Source: an uncultured Candidatus Saccharibacteria bacterium
GTDB taxonomy: Bacteria > Patescibacteriota > Minisyncoccia > Phycocordibacterales > JACOZG01
Reading direction: 5' to 3'
NCBI GenBank assembly: GCA_964648765.1
Contig: CAZYLF010000002.1
Span: forward strand, 3,537 to 67,536
Length of the DNA stretch: 64,000 nucleotides
A program made the translations under genes and the position numbers. The notes beneath the pieces are model-generated. The model did not search any database, was not told where the DNA came from, and worked only from the letters and a program-made list of their open reading frames with translations. Positions within the stretch are counted from its first letter, which is position 1. Each line of letters starts with the position of its first letter. Positions 1 to 9,264 of this stretch are shown here, piece by piece.

Positions 1-2
1 GC

Positions 3-221
3 GACACATACAAACTCCGGGGTTTCGATACCTTCTCAAGTGAGTGGTACGATCTCGAGGGAGAATACGACAATGAGGCTGCGGCTAAAGCGGCGGCGAA
101 GCACCGCTTAGCCAACCTGGAGAGGACTCAACCAGCCAGGACCTCAGGCGGACAGAACGGAATCCAGGATCGAGTCTTCATCGTCCGTCCCGACGGAAGT
201 CAGTATCGATACTCTGAATGA
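3..221 (+). CDS. 3' end (72 codons) of a gene starting upstream of the window; hypothetical protein
   Basis: Frame 3 is open from the window edge to TGA at 219-221 (…NGIQDRVFIVRPDGSQYRYSE*), and a hairpin+T-run terminator follows. It is absent from the ORF track because there is no start codon in the window. Confidence 0.4.
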   Translation, partial: DTYKLRGFDTFSSEWYDLEGEYDNEAAAKAAAKHRLANLERTQPARTSGGQNGIQDRVFIVRPDGSQYRYSE

Positions 222-237
222 CAAGAGACTGTCGCAA

Positions 238-273
238 GCCGCCATGTACCTTATGGTACAAGGCGGTTTTTTT
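238..273 (+). terminator. rho-independent terminator
   Basis: gccgccatgtacc-ttat-ggtacaaggcgg hairpin followed by T7. Confidence 0.6.
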
Positions 274-290
274 GTTGCCGAAAATGCCCC

Positions 291-320
291 TTGACAAGTG
301 TGTGTATAATATGCTAAAAT
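291..320 (+). promoter_or_regulatory. sigma70-like promoter (TTGACA-N18-tgcTAAAAT)
   Basis: TTGACA at 291-296 and extended -10 atgcTAAAAT at 311-320, upstream of the 390 gene. Confidence 0.5.
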
Positions 321-389
321 AGCCACGGAAATGTTCGGTAAGGTTGTGATTTGATAATCACGATTAAGCCGTAAAAAGGAGGTAAAAAA

Positions 390-596
390 ATGGGCGGACT
401 GATTATCGCTGCCAAATTTATTGTGGGGCTCTGTGTGGGGCTCTTCATTGGGTACGTGACAGAAAAATACATGGAGTCTGAATCTGGGGTAAATAAGTGC
501 CACTGTGGTTGGGACGCAGACGGTCGTACGTGGGGGTTCTGCGGCCAATGTGGCAAAAAAAGAGGAGAGCATATGCAAATCAAATCCCACTGTTAA
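390..596 (+). CDS. small membrane-anchored Cys-rich (zinc-ribbon-like) protein, 68 aa
   Basis: Strong SD AAGGAGGT 7 nt upstream of the ATG. It has an N-terminal TM helix and a CxC…CxxC motif. The antisense 165-aa ORF is rejected. Confidence 0.6.
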   Translation: MGGLIIAAKFIVGLCVGLFIGYVTEKYMESESGVNKCHCGWDADGRTWGFCGQCGKKRGEHMQIKSHC

Positions 597-692
597 CCGA
601 AGAGTTTGGGAGGTCTCACTAAAACCTCCCCCGATACTCAAGTGTGTACTTGGGCTGATGATCCTAAAAAGGTGAAATCAGGAAATTGATCT

Positions 693-1103
693 TTGGAAAA
701 ACGAAGGGAGAAATTAATGATCTGCGGTACGATTTCAGTTGAAAAGAAGCGTTTGCTTCTCTGCCATTTGATGGCTTTGGTCGGTGGCGTAATTGTTCAG
801 ATTGCGTTCCTTGGTTTTGCGAATGAAGTCAGTATCTGGGCCGGAAATGATGTGGACGGAACAGTCTTGCCATTCTTTTTAGCCGGCATACTGCTATCCA
901 TCTTCTACATTCCAGCTCGACCAATCCTCAAAACAAAGGATGCTTGGCTGTGGACGATCCTTATTTCATCCTTTGCTGGAATGGTGATTGTCTTGCAAGT
1001 ATTGGGCATCATGAGTAAAGGGTTGCTTCTTTATTCAGGCGGAATCCTACTCGTGGCAACACTTATGACAACATTTATCGTAGATCCAGAAGGTAATGTA
1101 TAG
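693..1103 (+). CDS. hypothetical integral membrane protein, 136 aa
   Basis: RBS gaaggga precedes the start; 4 predicted TM helices; terminator directly downstream. Confidence 0.55.
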   Translation: MEKRREKLMICGTISVEKKRLLLCHLMALVGGVIVQIAFLGFANEVSIWAGNDVDGTVLPFFLAGILLSIFYIPARPILKTKDAWLWTILISSFAGMVIVLQVLGIMSKGLLLYSGGILLVATLMTTFIVDPEGNV

Positions 1104-1137
1104 CAATAACCTTACCTGATCACAATTCTAACCATCG

Positions 1138-1170
1138 CCGACGCACCCAATGCGTCGGCTTTTTTCTTTT
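1138..1170 (+). terminator. rho-independent terminator
   Basis: gccgacgca-ccca-tgcgtcggc hairpin followed by a T-run. Confidence 0.7.
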
Positions 1171-1394
1171 TAATTTTCCTGCATCAACTTCGTAATCTCC
1201 GCTTGGTGCAATTGCATTACTTGCTGAGCGGCGGTTTGTTGGTCGAGGCCGGTTTTGGTTTTGGCTTCAATTTCGCCAGCGATTTTTTTAAAAAGTTCGG
1301 GATTCTTATTCACCATTTTTAAAACCATATCCACCTGCCCCTCCGGCACCCCCTGCGCCTTCAACATCTTCTTCAAAAAAAAATCTTTAAACAT
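1170..1394 (-). CDS. hypothetical small protein, 74 aa
   Basis: ORF with a K/E-rich helical sequence; weak evidence. Confidence 0.4.
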   Translation of the reverse strand: MFKDFFLKKMLKAQGVPEGQVDMVLKMVNKNPELFKKIAGEIEAKTKTGLDQQTAAQQVMQLHQAEITKLMQEN

Positions 1395-1448
1395 GTTGCC
1401 GAGTGTACCAAATTTATGCTATTTTTACCAAATCGGTTTGTGAAGAAA

Positions 1449-1524
1449 GGGCCCTTAGCTCATTTGGTAGAGCGCATCCATGGCATGGATGAGGCGACCG
1501 GTTCGATCCCGGTAGGGTCCACCA
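1449..1524 (+). tRNA. tRNA-Ala(GGC): tRNA-Ala (anticodon GGC), CCA encoded
   Basis: Cloverleaf is gggccct/agggtcc acceptor with the G3·U70 Ala identity pair. D arm is gctc-atttggta-gagc. Anticodon stem catcc/ggatg carries loop atGGCat. T arm is accgg-ttcgatc-ccggt, followed by ACCA. Confidence 0.9.
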
Positions 1525-1528
1525 CATT

Positions 1529-2875
1529 GTGCAATCAATCACGCAAATTGAGAAAGATAAATTAGAATGGCGAGAAAGAATATTTTCCGCTCCTTTACTG
1601 CGTCTTTTAATCAGCTTCACCGTCCCCTCTTTTATCTCTATTGCCGCGGTTTTTCTTTTTGGTGTTGTAGACACTTACTTCGCCTCCAAGCTTGGCACCA
1701 CCGCGCTAGCCGCCATGGGGGCAAGCTTTCCTGTGCTCTTTATGATTACCACTATTGGTCTCGGACTTGGGGTAGGAACATTAAGCTACATTGCCCCAAA
1801 AATTGGAAGGAGCGAGTTTAACCAAGCAGCTCTAGCCACAGGTCACGGCATAATTTTTATCTTAATCGTCTCGGCAATTATTGCCGTTATTGGATTTTTT
1901 GCCTCTGACATCTATCTTCAAAGTCTGGGAGTTGAGGCGGGTGTTTTTGATCTTGCAAAAACTTACAACAACATTGTTATCTATGGCGCTTTTTTATACA
2001 TTCTCCCAATCGTGCTCGCGGCCATGATCCGAGCCAGTGGCAATGCCAACATGCCAGCTATAATCATGGGAATTGGCTGTTTACTTAATATAATTTTAGA
2101 TCCCATTTTGATGTTTGGTTTAGGACCAGCTCCACGTCTTGAGTTAGCCGGCGCTGCATATGCCACTGTGGCCTCGGCAGCGGTTGCAGGGATAATTGGA
2201 CTCATCTATATGATTCGAGAGCGGATGATCCGCTTTGATTGGACAGGCTTAACAAATTCACTGAAGCACATTTCTTACGTCGGCGGGTTATCAACATTTA
2301 GTAACTTATTATTACCATTCGCTTTTTCCCTCATTACTATGAAGTTAGCTGGTTTTGGTACTGGGGTGATAGGGGGCGCCGGTTTAGGCATGAAGCTTGA
2401 ACCACTATTACTAGCTCTACCTATTGCCATGACCGCTTCAGTGCCGCCAATTGTGGGGATCACCTGGGGCGCAAACAATATTGTCCGCACTCGGCAAACT
2501 ATCAAACTAGCTAATAAAATTGTTTTTGTTTGGCAATTAATAGTTGCGGCAATAATCTGGATTTTAGCCGGATCAATAGTGTCTTTATTCACGCAGGAAG
2601 CGTCAGTGGCAGAAAGTGCTATTTTATATTTACGATTAATTAGTTTAACTTACGGATTCGAGGGTATGTTATTTGTAATTTCATCTTCACTTAATGCCAT
2701 CGGCAAACCCATCCCCTCTTTTTTAATCAACAGCATACGTCTCTTAATTTTAGTTTCTCTGTTATATATTTTTTCCACAGGCTTTTCAATGCTTTGGGTT
2801 TATGGCACAATAATGGCAAGTAATATTACTGCTGGCATACTCGCATTATGGATACAAAAATACATTATAAAATAA
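1529..2875 (+). CDS. MATE family efflux transporter (12-TM), 448 aa
   Basis: Length and 12 hydrophobic segments match the MATE/MurJ-like superfamily. The start lies 5 nt after the tRNA with no SD, so the start is uncertain. Confidence 0.7.
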   Translation: MQSITQIEKDKLEWRERIFSAPLLRLLISFTVPSFISIAAVFLFGVVDTYFASKLGTTALAAMGASFPVLFMITTIGLGLGVGTLSYIAPKIGRSEFNQAALATGHGIIFILIVSAIIAVIGFFASDIYLQSLGVEAGVFDLAKTYNNIVIYGAFLYILPIVLAAMIRASGNANMPAIIMGIGCLLNIILDPILMFGLGPAPRLELAGAAYATVASAAVAGIIGLIYMIRERMIRFDWTGLTNSLKHISYVGGLSTFSNLLLPFAFSLITMKLAGFGTGVIGGAGLGMKLEPLLLALPIAMTASVPPIVGITWGANNIVRTRQTIKLANKIVFVWQLIVAAIIWILAGSIVSLFTQEASVAESAILYLRLISLTYGFEGMLFVISSSLNAIGKPIPSFLINSIRLLILVSLLYIFSTGFSMLWVYGTIMASNITAGILALWIQKYIIK

Positions 2876-3228
2876 TTGCCGATTGCGTCGCGACAATTCA
2901 TGCTGCTTATAACATCTACCTACTTGCTGGGTCGATAATTTCAATTGCGATACCAGGATATGCCCCCTTCCACATTGCGGTTGTATTCATCAACGTTACC
3001 ATCAACCATTTCATTGGTGGCTGTCCGCTTACTCAACTTGAACGTTTTTACCGATTCCAACATGACGAAAATTGCCTATTTGGAGAAACATTTTACGGGC
3101 ATTATTTTTTTGACAAGATTCTTGGTATTGAAGCCACTAAACGCCAAGTCACGCTCTTTCTCTTTTTTACTAAGGTCTTACCGGTAGTTATTCCGATCTC
3201 GGTAGTTATAAAGACTATTCTGAAATAG
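2848..3228 (+). CDS. hypothetical small membrane protein, 126 aa
   Basis: Hydrophobic ORF that overlaps the MATE 3' end and converges with the end of the 834-aa gene by 50 nt. Confidence 0.35.
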   Translation: MDTKIHYKIIADCVATIHAAYNIYLLAGSIISIAIPGYAPFHIAVVFINVTINHFIGGCPLTQLERFYRFQHDENCLFGETFYGHYFFDKILGIEATKRQVTLFLFFTKVLPVVIPISVVIKTILK

Positions 3229-5682
3229 ATTGTTGGGATCATACTGCTGTTTGAGTGCAAAGAATTTTTCTGCTTGTGGGTAAGATTTATTAAACTGGGC
3301 TTTAGTGGCGTGAAGTTCATAAGCGAGATAAAATTTTCCTCCACAGCTGATCGCCAAGTCTATTAACTCACCTACCATCTGCGAGGCATCCGCATAACTC
3401 TCAATATCTCTTCCGCGATTACAGTAAAACATCAGTGAAAAGCAGTCTTCACTCGCGTAAGTAAGGAGGACTTTACTGTCTCCGGCAATAAAGCGCACCG
3501 TTGCTCCAATCACATTGGCATCGTGACGAGTGAGGATAGCTCGGGCTTGAGTCACAAAAGTTTGGAACTTATCAAGCGGAATAAAATATTCCTGCACATA
3601 ATCTACGTTGTAATGGGAATAACGATCAAGAAATTTAAGTGGCGTGGCTGGCGGCCGCTTAGCATTGTTGGTTGTTAATAATACCTTTTTTCCAAATTGA
3701 GAGGCGAGACCCCTTTCTAAACGCCAACAAGCGCTTTTCAACTTAGGAAAATTTCGAGAAAATCCTAAGAAAAATTTATCTCTTAAAACATTCCTTTCGT
3801 CTGTAAGAGCTATTGGTGAAGCTGTTTGGGTTTTTTTGTGGGTGACGATAGACGCCTCAAGAAGTAAGTTAGTGGGCACAATAGACAATCGCGCCGCAAA
3901 TAGTCGCAAGTCGGGGTCTGATTTTCTTAAATCAAAAAAGTACTTGGGGAGATCTTCAACTGGCATAATAGCCATGGTTTGTTCTAAAAATTCATTATCA
4001 ATTAGCTGTAGAGTGACCTCAAGCACAAGTCCAAGGAGGCCGTAGCCTCCAATTACACCGTAGAATAATTCAGGAGATTCCGTAGGTGATACGGTTTTAA
4101 TAGTGCCATCTGCAAAAAGCACACGTAGTGAGAGTATGGTGGTGCTGATAGTGCAAGTGGCAATTTGCCGCCCATGGATATTAGCGGCGATTGATCCTCC
4201 CACAGTAAAATCTATAGACGATTGCATCGCAGCCACCGCTAAGCCCGCTGGATTAATAATGCGATGAACCTCGTCCCAAGTAGTACCGCTACGTACGGTG
4301 ATTATTTTTTTACTAGGATCAAAAGAAACAACACCTCGATATTCTCTCAAATTAATTAGGTGAGAAAGTGGTGCAAATTGTTGCCCTCCCTGACTTTGGC
4401 TAGCACCACAAATCGCTACCGTTTGATGCTTTTCTGTTTTCTTAACAATATCAACAATCTCCTCTTCTTTAGTTGGAGTACTAACTTTATTTACATACCA
4501 TTTTCTTACATGATGCTTATCAGTAACGCCGACATGTGTAGGTTTAAGTTCAAAAAATTTATCGCCCTGGCCGCTATTAAAAAATTTAGGGTAACAAGGG
4601 AAAAAGCATAAATGTTCTGCAATATATTCTAGCGAGGACGGCGCCACGCCCTCACGATTAGGCACGGGGGTGAGTGACGTGGTGCCACCACGCGCCGCAT
4701 CAATCCCCAACTTCCGCTGCCCTCTCACAAACACTGCTGGATCATCAACCAAAATTGGGTATAGCCAGTAGGTTAACTCAGAACATTCCATGCCAATTCT
4801 CTTATATTGAGTTGGCAAATATTTATCATAGAGCTTGCCAATTGCTTGGCACTCCTTAAAGCGGTCAATGTTGTAAGTTCGAAATCGTCGAGCCAAAAGT
4901 TTACGAAGTGGGAGGCTTGGACGCTTTCTGATTTGATCAAGTAAATCCTGGGATTTAAACGCGCGAGTCGATGACCCAATCACCTGGTCAATATCTTTTG
5001 ATAGTAGCGTACAAAGTTGATAAAAAATTCTGTATATAAGTGGGATGGAGAGAACTTTAATCGAAGTATGCTTAATAATTGTACGAAGATAAGAAAAACG
5101 ACTTTGAACTGGATAACTATTTTGAAGGTTTCGCCACTTTTTTTCGAGTTCCGGATCACGGAAAGAAAAAATCGCACCACCCAAAGCGGTCGCAAATTTA
5201 AGCGGTCCAAAACTTACCATCGTGACATCCGCCACGCTGTTATTAAAAGTATCAAATCCAGTAAATACTTGAGCGCTATCTTCAATTAAAAATAATGAAT
5301 GCTTTTTAGCCCAATCAGCAATTTCCCCCAGATCATTTCGGCAACCAAACATATGCGTTATCACCACCGCTTTTATTTTAGGAGTTACAGCGCTCTCTAA
5401 ATCAGCGAGTGACGGCAATAGTGTGTCGGGTGAGACATCGCAACCGATAGGGATAATCTTGTGCGCCCGCACAATCTCAAGCATGCTCGGTATTGTCATC
5501 CCGGGCATAATAATCTCACTTTGTTCAGGAAAGTTTAAAGTAGACAGCAAAGCGTCAAAGCCGGTCCGAACTGAGAAACAAGGTTGGTATTTTTCTCCAA
5601 ACACTCCTCGAGGGCTGAAAAGATAGAGCGTCCCAAACGCTAAATCACGCCACCTAATATCAAGTAACTTTCTTGGATACAT
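3178..5682 (-). CDS. fusion protein: N-terminal DegT/DnrJ/EryC1-type PLP aminotransferase and C-terminal FAD-linked oxidase with an ALO-type C-terminal domain (GlcD/D-arabinono-1,4-lactone oxidase-like)
   Basis: N-terminal half carries …VVITHMFGCRNDLGEIADWAKKHSLFLIEDSAQ… and the SFGPLK PLP-lysine motif. C-terminal half has a PCMH FAD-binding region (VSFDPSKKIITVRSGTTWDEV…) and the ALO motif YPQAEKFFALKQQYDPNNLFQN. Confidence 0.8.
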   Translation of the reverse strand: MYPRKLLDIRWRDLAFGTLYLFSPRGVFGEKYQPCFSVRTGFDALLSTLNFPEQSEIIMPGMTIPSMLEIVRAHKIIPIGCDVSPDTLLPSLADLESAVTPKIKAVVITHMFGCRNDLGEIADWAKKHSLFLIEDSAQVFTGFDTFNNSVADVTMVSFGPLKFATALGGAIFSFRDPELEKKWRNLQNSYPVQSRFSYLRTIIKHTSIKVLSIPLIYRIFYQLCTLLSKDIDQVIGSSTRAFKSQDLLDQIRKRPSLPLRKLLARRFRTYNIDRFKECQAIGKLYDKYLPTQYKRIGMECSELTYWLYPILVDDPAVFVRGQRKLGIDAARGGTTSLTPVPNREGVAPSSLEYIAEHLCFFPCYPKFFNSGQGDKFFELKPTHVGVTDKHHVRKWYVNKVSTPTKEEEIVDIVKKTEKHQTVAICGASQSQGGQQFAPLSHLINLREYRGVVSFDPSKKIITVRSGTTWDEVHRIINPAGLAVAAMQSSIDFTVGGSIAANIHGRQIATCTISTTILSLRVLFADGTIKTVSPTESPELFYGVIGGYGLLGLVLEVTLQLIDNEFLEQTMAIMPVEDLPKYFFDLRKSDPDLRLFAARLSIVPTNLLLEASIVTHKKTQTASPIALTDERNVLRDKFFLGFSRNFPKLKSACWRLERGLASQFGKKVLLTTNNAKRPPATPLKFLDRYSHYNVDYVQEYFIPLDKFQTFVTQARAILTRHDANVIGATVRFIAGDSKVLLTYASEDCFSLMFYCNRGRDIESYADASQMVGELIDLAISCGGKFYLAYELHATKAQFNKSYPQAEKFFALKQQYDPNNLFQNSLYNYRDRNNYR

Positions 5683-5724
5683 CGCTCGATCCTAGCATAT
5701 TACATAAAAGAGAAAACAATTGAA

Positions 5725-6165
5725 TTAATCCCACCTCCACATCCGATCAATTCCCCAAAAGCGCCCAGCTTGAGTGGCGGCAAAAAATAACAAAACTAGT
5801 GCGTAAATAATATGCTCATCTACAATATACGCATGAGCGTTCGGATGTGGGTAATCAAGAATTACCAAATAGTAGAGAATCATCATACCTGCACCTAAGA
5901 GTGAACTTAGGCGCACAAAGGCTCCAAGAATTAAAGCGAGGCCAAGTAAAGTTAAACCCCACTCGTTTAAAAAGTTAGTGATGGGAAGAATGCTCTCACT
6001 GGCAAGCCAAGAGTAAAACCCGGTGAAGTTTTTCGCACCAGCCAAATAACCTGCAGCCGACCACTCGCTATCAAGTACTTTAGTAATACCTGCGTAGAAA
6101 AATAACCATCCCATTGCTACCCGAAGTAAGAGTAATATAAGTTTTGGGGTTTTATATAATTCCAT
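5725..6165 (-). CDS. DoxX family membrane protein
   Basis: 146 aa with 4 TM helices; DoxX-like pattern (GITKVLD…). Confidence 0.65.
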   Translation of the reverse strand: MELYKTPKLILLLLRVAMGWLFFYAGITKVLDSEWSAAGYLAGAKNFTGFYSWLASESILPITNFLNEWGLTLLGLALILGAFVRLSSLLGAGMMILYYLVILDYPHPNAHAYIVDEHIIYALVLLFFAATQAGRFWGIDRMWRWD

Positions 6166-6174
6166 ATTATTATT

Positions 6175-6729
6175 TTATTTTGATAAAACCTTCCCCTGCT
6201 CACGAATCATAATCTCTTTTACCATATCCGGACTACGCAAACCCCTGACCACAAACTCGTTCAATTCTCCCGCCGACTGAATACTTAAGTCACCATAGTG
6301 AAGCAAAGTCGGTAAGATTCCGTGTGAATTTATCGTAATATCTTGTACTGTTTCAAGTCTAATAGTTGCAATGTTACGCGAAAAAAATCCCCGCTGGTCT
6401 ATATCAATAATACGCTTATTGGTGATTTTAACCACATCAAGTGTGTAATCCGTAATCACGGCAAATCCCATAATCCAAATTACCAAAAACCATAACGAGC
6501 CAAAAAAGACCACATGGCCAAGAGAGATTTTGCCAGCAAAACTCCCAACCGTAACAGGTAAACTATTAATAATTAGCAAGATGATAAGCGGCAAGAGGAT
6601 TGCCAACGCAAGCGAAAGCAATTCTACCAAAATTAAAAACCAATGCTTACGCGCATCATGCACCACCAGCTCTCCCTCCTCTAAAATAATTGGGTTTGAG
6701 TATTTCATATAATCTGAAAGTAACTCCAA
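6175..6729 (-). CDS. membrane protein with bacterial PH domain (YdbS/YdbT-like bPH_2)
   Basis: Two N-terminal TM helices followed by a PH-like domain; family resemblance only. Confidence 0.55.
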   Translation of the reverse strand: MELLSDYMKYSNPIILEEGELVVHDARKHWFLILVELLSLALAILLPLIILLIINSLPVTVGSFAGKISLGHVVFFGSLWFLVIWIMGFAVITDYTLDVVKITNKRIIDIDQRGFFSRNIATIRLETVQDITINSHGILPTLLHYGDLSIQSAGELNEFVVRGLRSPDMVKEIMIREQGKVLSK

Positions 6730-6926
6730 ATCATCGCGCCCAAAGCCGCAAGCGACCCGAGATAATACACCGGTCGCGCTAATTTAATGGCTCTAACATC
6801 TCGACCATATCTCCCCCAGTGAAATGAGAGTACGATTGTGGCCACCAAAAATGCCAAAACTGCCGCCAACAGAAATAAGAAATATATTTGATCAACTAAA
6901 AATGTTTTGGTCATAAAAGTTGCCAA
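6705..6926 (-). CDS. small membrane protein, 73 aa
   Basis: Two TM helices; overlaps its neighbours by a few nt (operon-like). Confidence 0.4.
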   Translation of the reverse strand: MATFMTKTFLVDQIYFLFLLAAVLAFLVATIVLSFHWGRYGRDVRAIKLARPVYYLGSLAALGAMIWSYFQII

Positions 6927-7495
6927 GCTTTAATGGCTGCCACCGGGTAAATGAGCATTATAATATTAATAATTAAATTATCTTTTATCCACAGCGCAAG
7001 CAACACTTCAAGCAAAACAAAAAACAGTAGTGACTTTTTAACCGAGAGTTTGGCTGCAATTAGGAAGCCCATGATCATGGCTATCATGTCGCCAACGGAG
7101 TTTAAAATACTGTCGCCATAATAATCAAGAGATATTGTGGCTTCACGATATTTATTTATCACCATGTCGGTGTTCTCCAAAATCTCCCAGCCGCCCTCAA
7201 GCGCTACAGCGATTATTAATCTCGGACCCACCGGCAAACCACGCGCCACCAAATGAAGAAGCGCGTAAAAGCCTAAACCGTGCGTAACATGCGTAAGAGA
7301 GTAGTGGTCAGCGAGGCGTTGAGAGTTTTGTTGACTCCAGATATCTCCCGACCAAAGTCCGGGAACACCGCTTGGTCCCCAAGCAGTGCGGCCCATTTGG
7401 CCTAAGATTAGAGCAGTTGCAATAATTAATACCGTGCAGAAAAGAAAAGTTTTAACATATCTATTCGTCACTGTTGTCATCTTCACCTTCACCAC
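6911..7495 (-). CDS. DUF2585 (UPF0314) family membrane protein
   Basis: Multi-TM protein that resembles the UPF0314 family. Confidence 0.55.
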   Translation of the reverse strand: MVKVKMTTVTNRYVKTFLFCTVLIIATALILGQMGRTAWGPSGVPGLWSGDIWSQQNSQRLADHYSLTHVTHGLGFYALLHLVARGLPVGPRLIIAVALEGGWEILENTDMVINKYREATISLDYYGDSILNSVGDMIAMIMGFLIAAKLSVKKSLLFFVLLEVLLALWIKDNLIINIIMLIYPVAAIKAWQLL

Positions 7496-8090
7496 GAGTC
7501 TTGAATAACTTTATTGGACTTTGAGAAATTTTGCCGTCTACGTCTTTAGACACCGCGCGGTAAAAATACTGAGTCCCGCTTTCTAGATCATCAAGAGTAA
7601 ACGAATGGGTGAGAGATAGATCATCCTCAGAAACCTTAGACGCATCGCCCATCTCAATCTCAGTGCGAGTTTTGGTGTACCACACCATACCGTCAGCTTC
7701 TTTATTTGTCTTCCAGCTGATCATCACAGAATCTGTGCCACGCTCAGTAACTTTGAGCATTTCCACACCTGGTTTTTTGTTCTCAAACTTTAAAATTTTC
7801 CGACAACGAGCTGTTGGCTTTTCATATCCTTTTTTAATACAAAGTGGCTTTTTAACTTCTCTTCCGTCGGCTTGTCTCTGCGGCTTAATTTCAGTTCGCC
7901 CTGTCAACTCCTGAAGTTTGGCCCTTAATGCGTTAATCTGCTTAAAAATCTCTTCAATTTGCGCTTTTTTATTACTGTCAGAAATTGTCTCTTCTGCTTG
8001 AACATTTTGTGCTCCAGCAAAAAATACTACAGCCAAAAACAAAAAGGTTAATGTTATTTTTTTCATAACACTAATTATCTCACTTCTCAA
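7461..8090 (-). CDS. secreted protein with FN3/Ig-like domain and coiled-coil
   Basis: Signal peptide MKKITLTFLFLAVVFFAGAQNVQA; beta-rich C-terminal part resembles a fibronectin type III fold. Confidence 0.55.
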   Translation of the reverse strand: MRSEIISVMKKITLTFLFLAVVFFAGAQNVQAEETISDSNKKAQIEEIFKQINALRAKLQELTGRTEIKPQRQADGREVKKPLCIKKGYEKPTARCRKILKFENKKPGVEMLKVTERGTDSVMISWKTNKEADGMVWYTKTRTEIEMGDASKVSEDDLSLTHSFTLDDLESGTQYFYRAVSKDVDGKISQSPIKLFKTRGEGEDDNSDE

Positions 8091-8106
8091 ACTTTTGTCT
8101 ACAAAA

Positions 8107-9033
8107 CTAGTCGAATATTACAATTAGATACTTATCAATCTCGCGTTGTTCCACATCATAAAAATGGGCATCATCTTTGTGTAATTTAGCTGCCAGCTCC
8201 TCACCCACAAAACGCCAATGCCAAGGTTCAAACTGGTAATACGCATTATTTTCAGGATACGAAAGTACAAAGCCATAACGATAGGCGTTATCGAGTAACC
8301 ATTTATATGCCTCGGTTTTATCAATCCCCTCAAAAGCATTGCCTAGTAAAGCGGTAGTGAGGTCCACAGTTGTGCCAAGTTGGTGCTCTGAGTAACCTTG
8401 ATCGGCCGAGAATTGATTGGCTGTGCCAGCGCCATAAATAAATTTGTAACCATTTTTTACTGCGGTTTGCTCGCTAAAAGAGCGATATGCAGAGATGATT
8501 TTAAGATCATGACCGTCACGTTTAGCTCGACTTAATAAACGCTCAAGAAAAGGCAGTACCTTGGCGTGAATTTGCTCTTTATCGCCAACGGGGAAAATAT
8601 AATCAGAATCAATTTGTACCAAACGATCAGGCACATAATGCTCGTTTAAAAAGTAAACTTTAGAATATTTTTGTAAAAGTTCCTTATCGGTTTTACTTAA
8701 TTTATCTAGATTGGTAACGGTTTTTGAAATGTCTTTAATTTGATCCTCAAAATCATCATTGCGCTCGCGCTCTTCATCAAGTTCGTCATTTAATTCATCA
8801 TTAAACTCCTTTTCTTTTTCGAGATCCTGTTCAAGTTTAGCCACTTTAGCAGTAAAATCTTCAGTACTTGAAGCGAATTGCATTTTAGTTGCCTCGAGTT
8901 CAGCATTTGCCTTTTTGCCCTGAACATAGCTAAAACCCAAGCCCACGCCAAGGCCAATTGCCACGATCGTTAAGATTGAAAGATATACCTTTTCCTTACC
9001 TGCCATAGAGTCCGATTCTAGCATAGTTTCCAA
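8107..9033 (-). CDS. peptidase M15 family D-alanyl-D-alanine carboxypeptidase (VanY-like) with N-terminal TM and coiled-coil
   Basis: Motifs SEHQLGTTVDL and EPWHWRF match the M15B zinc-binding H/D/H arrangement. Confidence 0.75.
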   Translation of the reverse strand: METMLESDSMAGKEKVYLSILTIVAIGLGVGLGFSYVQGKKANAELEATKMQFASSTEDFTAKVAKLEQDLEKEKEFNDELNDELDEERERNDDFEDQIKDISKTVTNLDKLSKTDKELLQKYSKVYFLNEHYVPDRLVQIDSDYIFPVGDKEQIHAKVLPFLERLLSRAKRDGHDLKIISAYRSFSEQTAVKNGYKFIYGAGTANQFSADQGYSEHQLGTTVDLTTALLGNAFEGIDKTEAYKWLLDNAYRYGFVLSYPENNAYYQFEPWHWRFVGEELAAKLHKDDAHFYDVEQREIDKYLIVIFD

Positions 9034-9211
9034 AATAAGTTAAAACAAAAAGCTCCAGGGGCAATAAATAACCACGGGAGCTTAAGAGCGTCGGTGCAAA
9101 CCGATCAAAAAAAGAATAAACAAACCGAAAATGACGATATATAGAGAAAGACCTCCCGGTGGCATACTCGCCTCCTTTCTACATTCAATTTTAGCACCAC
9201 TTAACTACAAA

Positions 9212-9245
9212 AGAAAAAAGCGCGCGATTGTAACAATCGCGCGCT
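9212..9245 (-). terminator. rho-independent terminator (minus strand)
   Basis: Perfect palindrome agcgcgcgattg-taaca-atcgcgcgct with a T-run on the minus strand. Confidence 0.6.
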
Positions 9246-9264
9246 CGTACTTCAAAACACCAAA

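Noticed and set aside
144-641. 165-aa ORF on the minus strand (and nested 89-aa ORF 314-583)
   Set aside because: It is antisense to the well-supported plus-strand gene 390-596, which has a strong SD and promoter, and to the 3' end of the upstream gene. It has a low-complexity, non-protein-like sequence and no RBS.
1414-1674. 86-aa minus-strand ORF
   Set aside because: It overlaps the tRNA-Ala gene and the MATE gene start, so it is most likely spurious.
3836-5289. Plus-strand ORFs inside the 834-aa fusion gene (3836-4045, 4360-4611, 4674-4859, 5017-5289) and minus-strand 4773-5210
   Set aside because: They are embedded in, or antisense to, the well-supported aminotransferase-oxidase gene.
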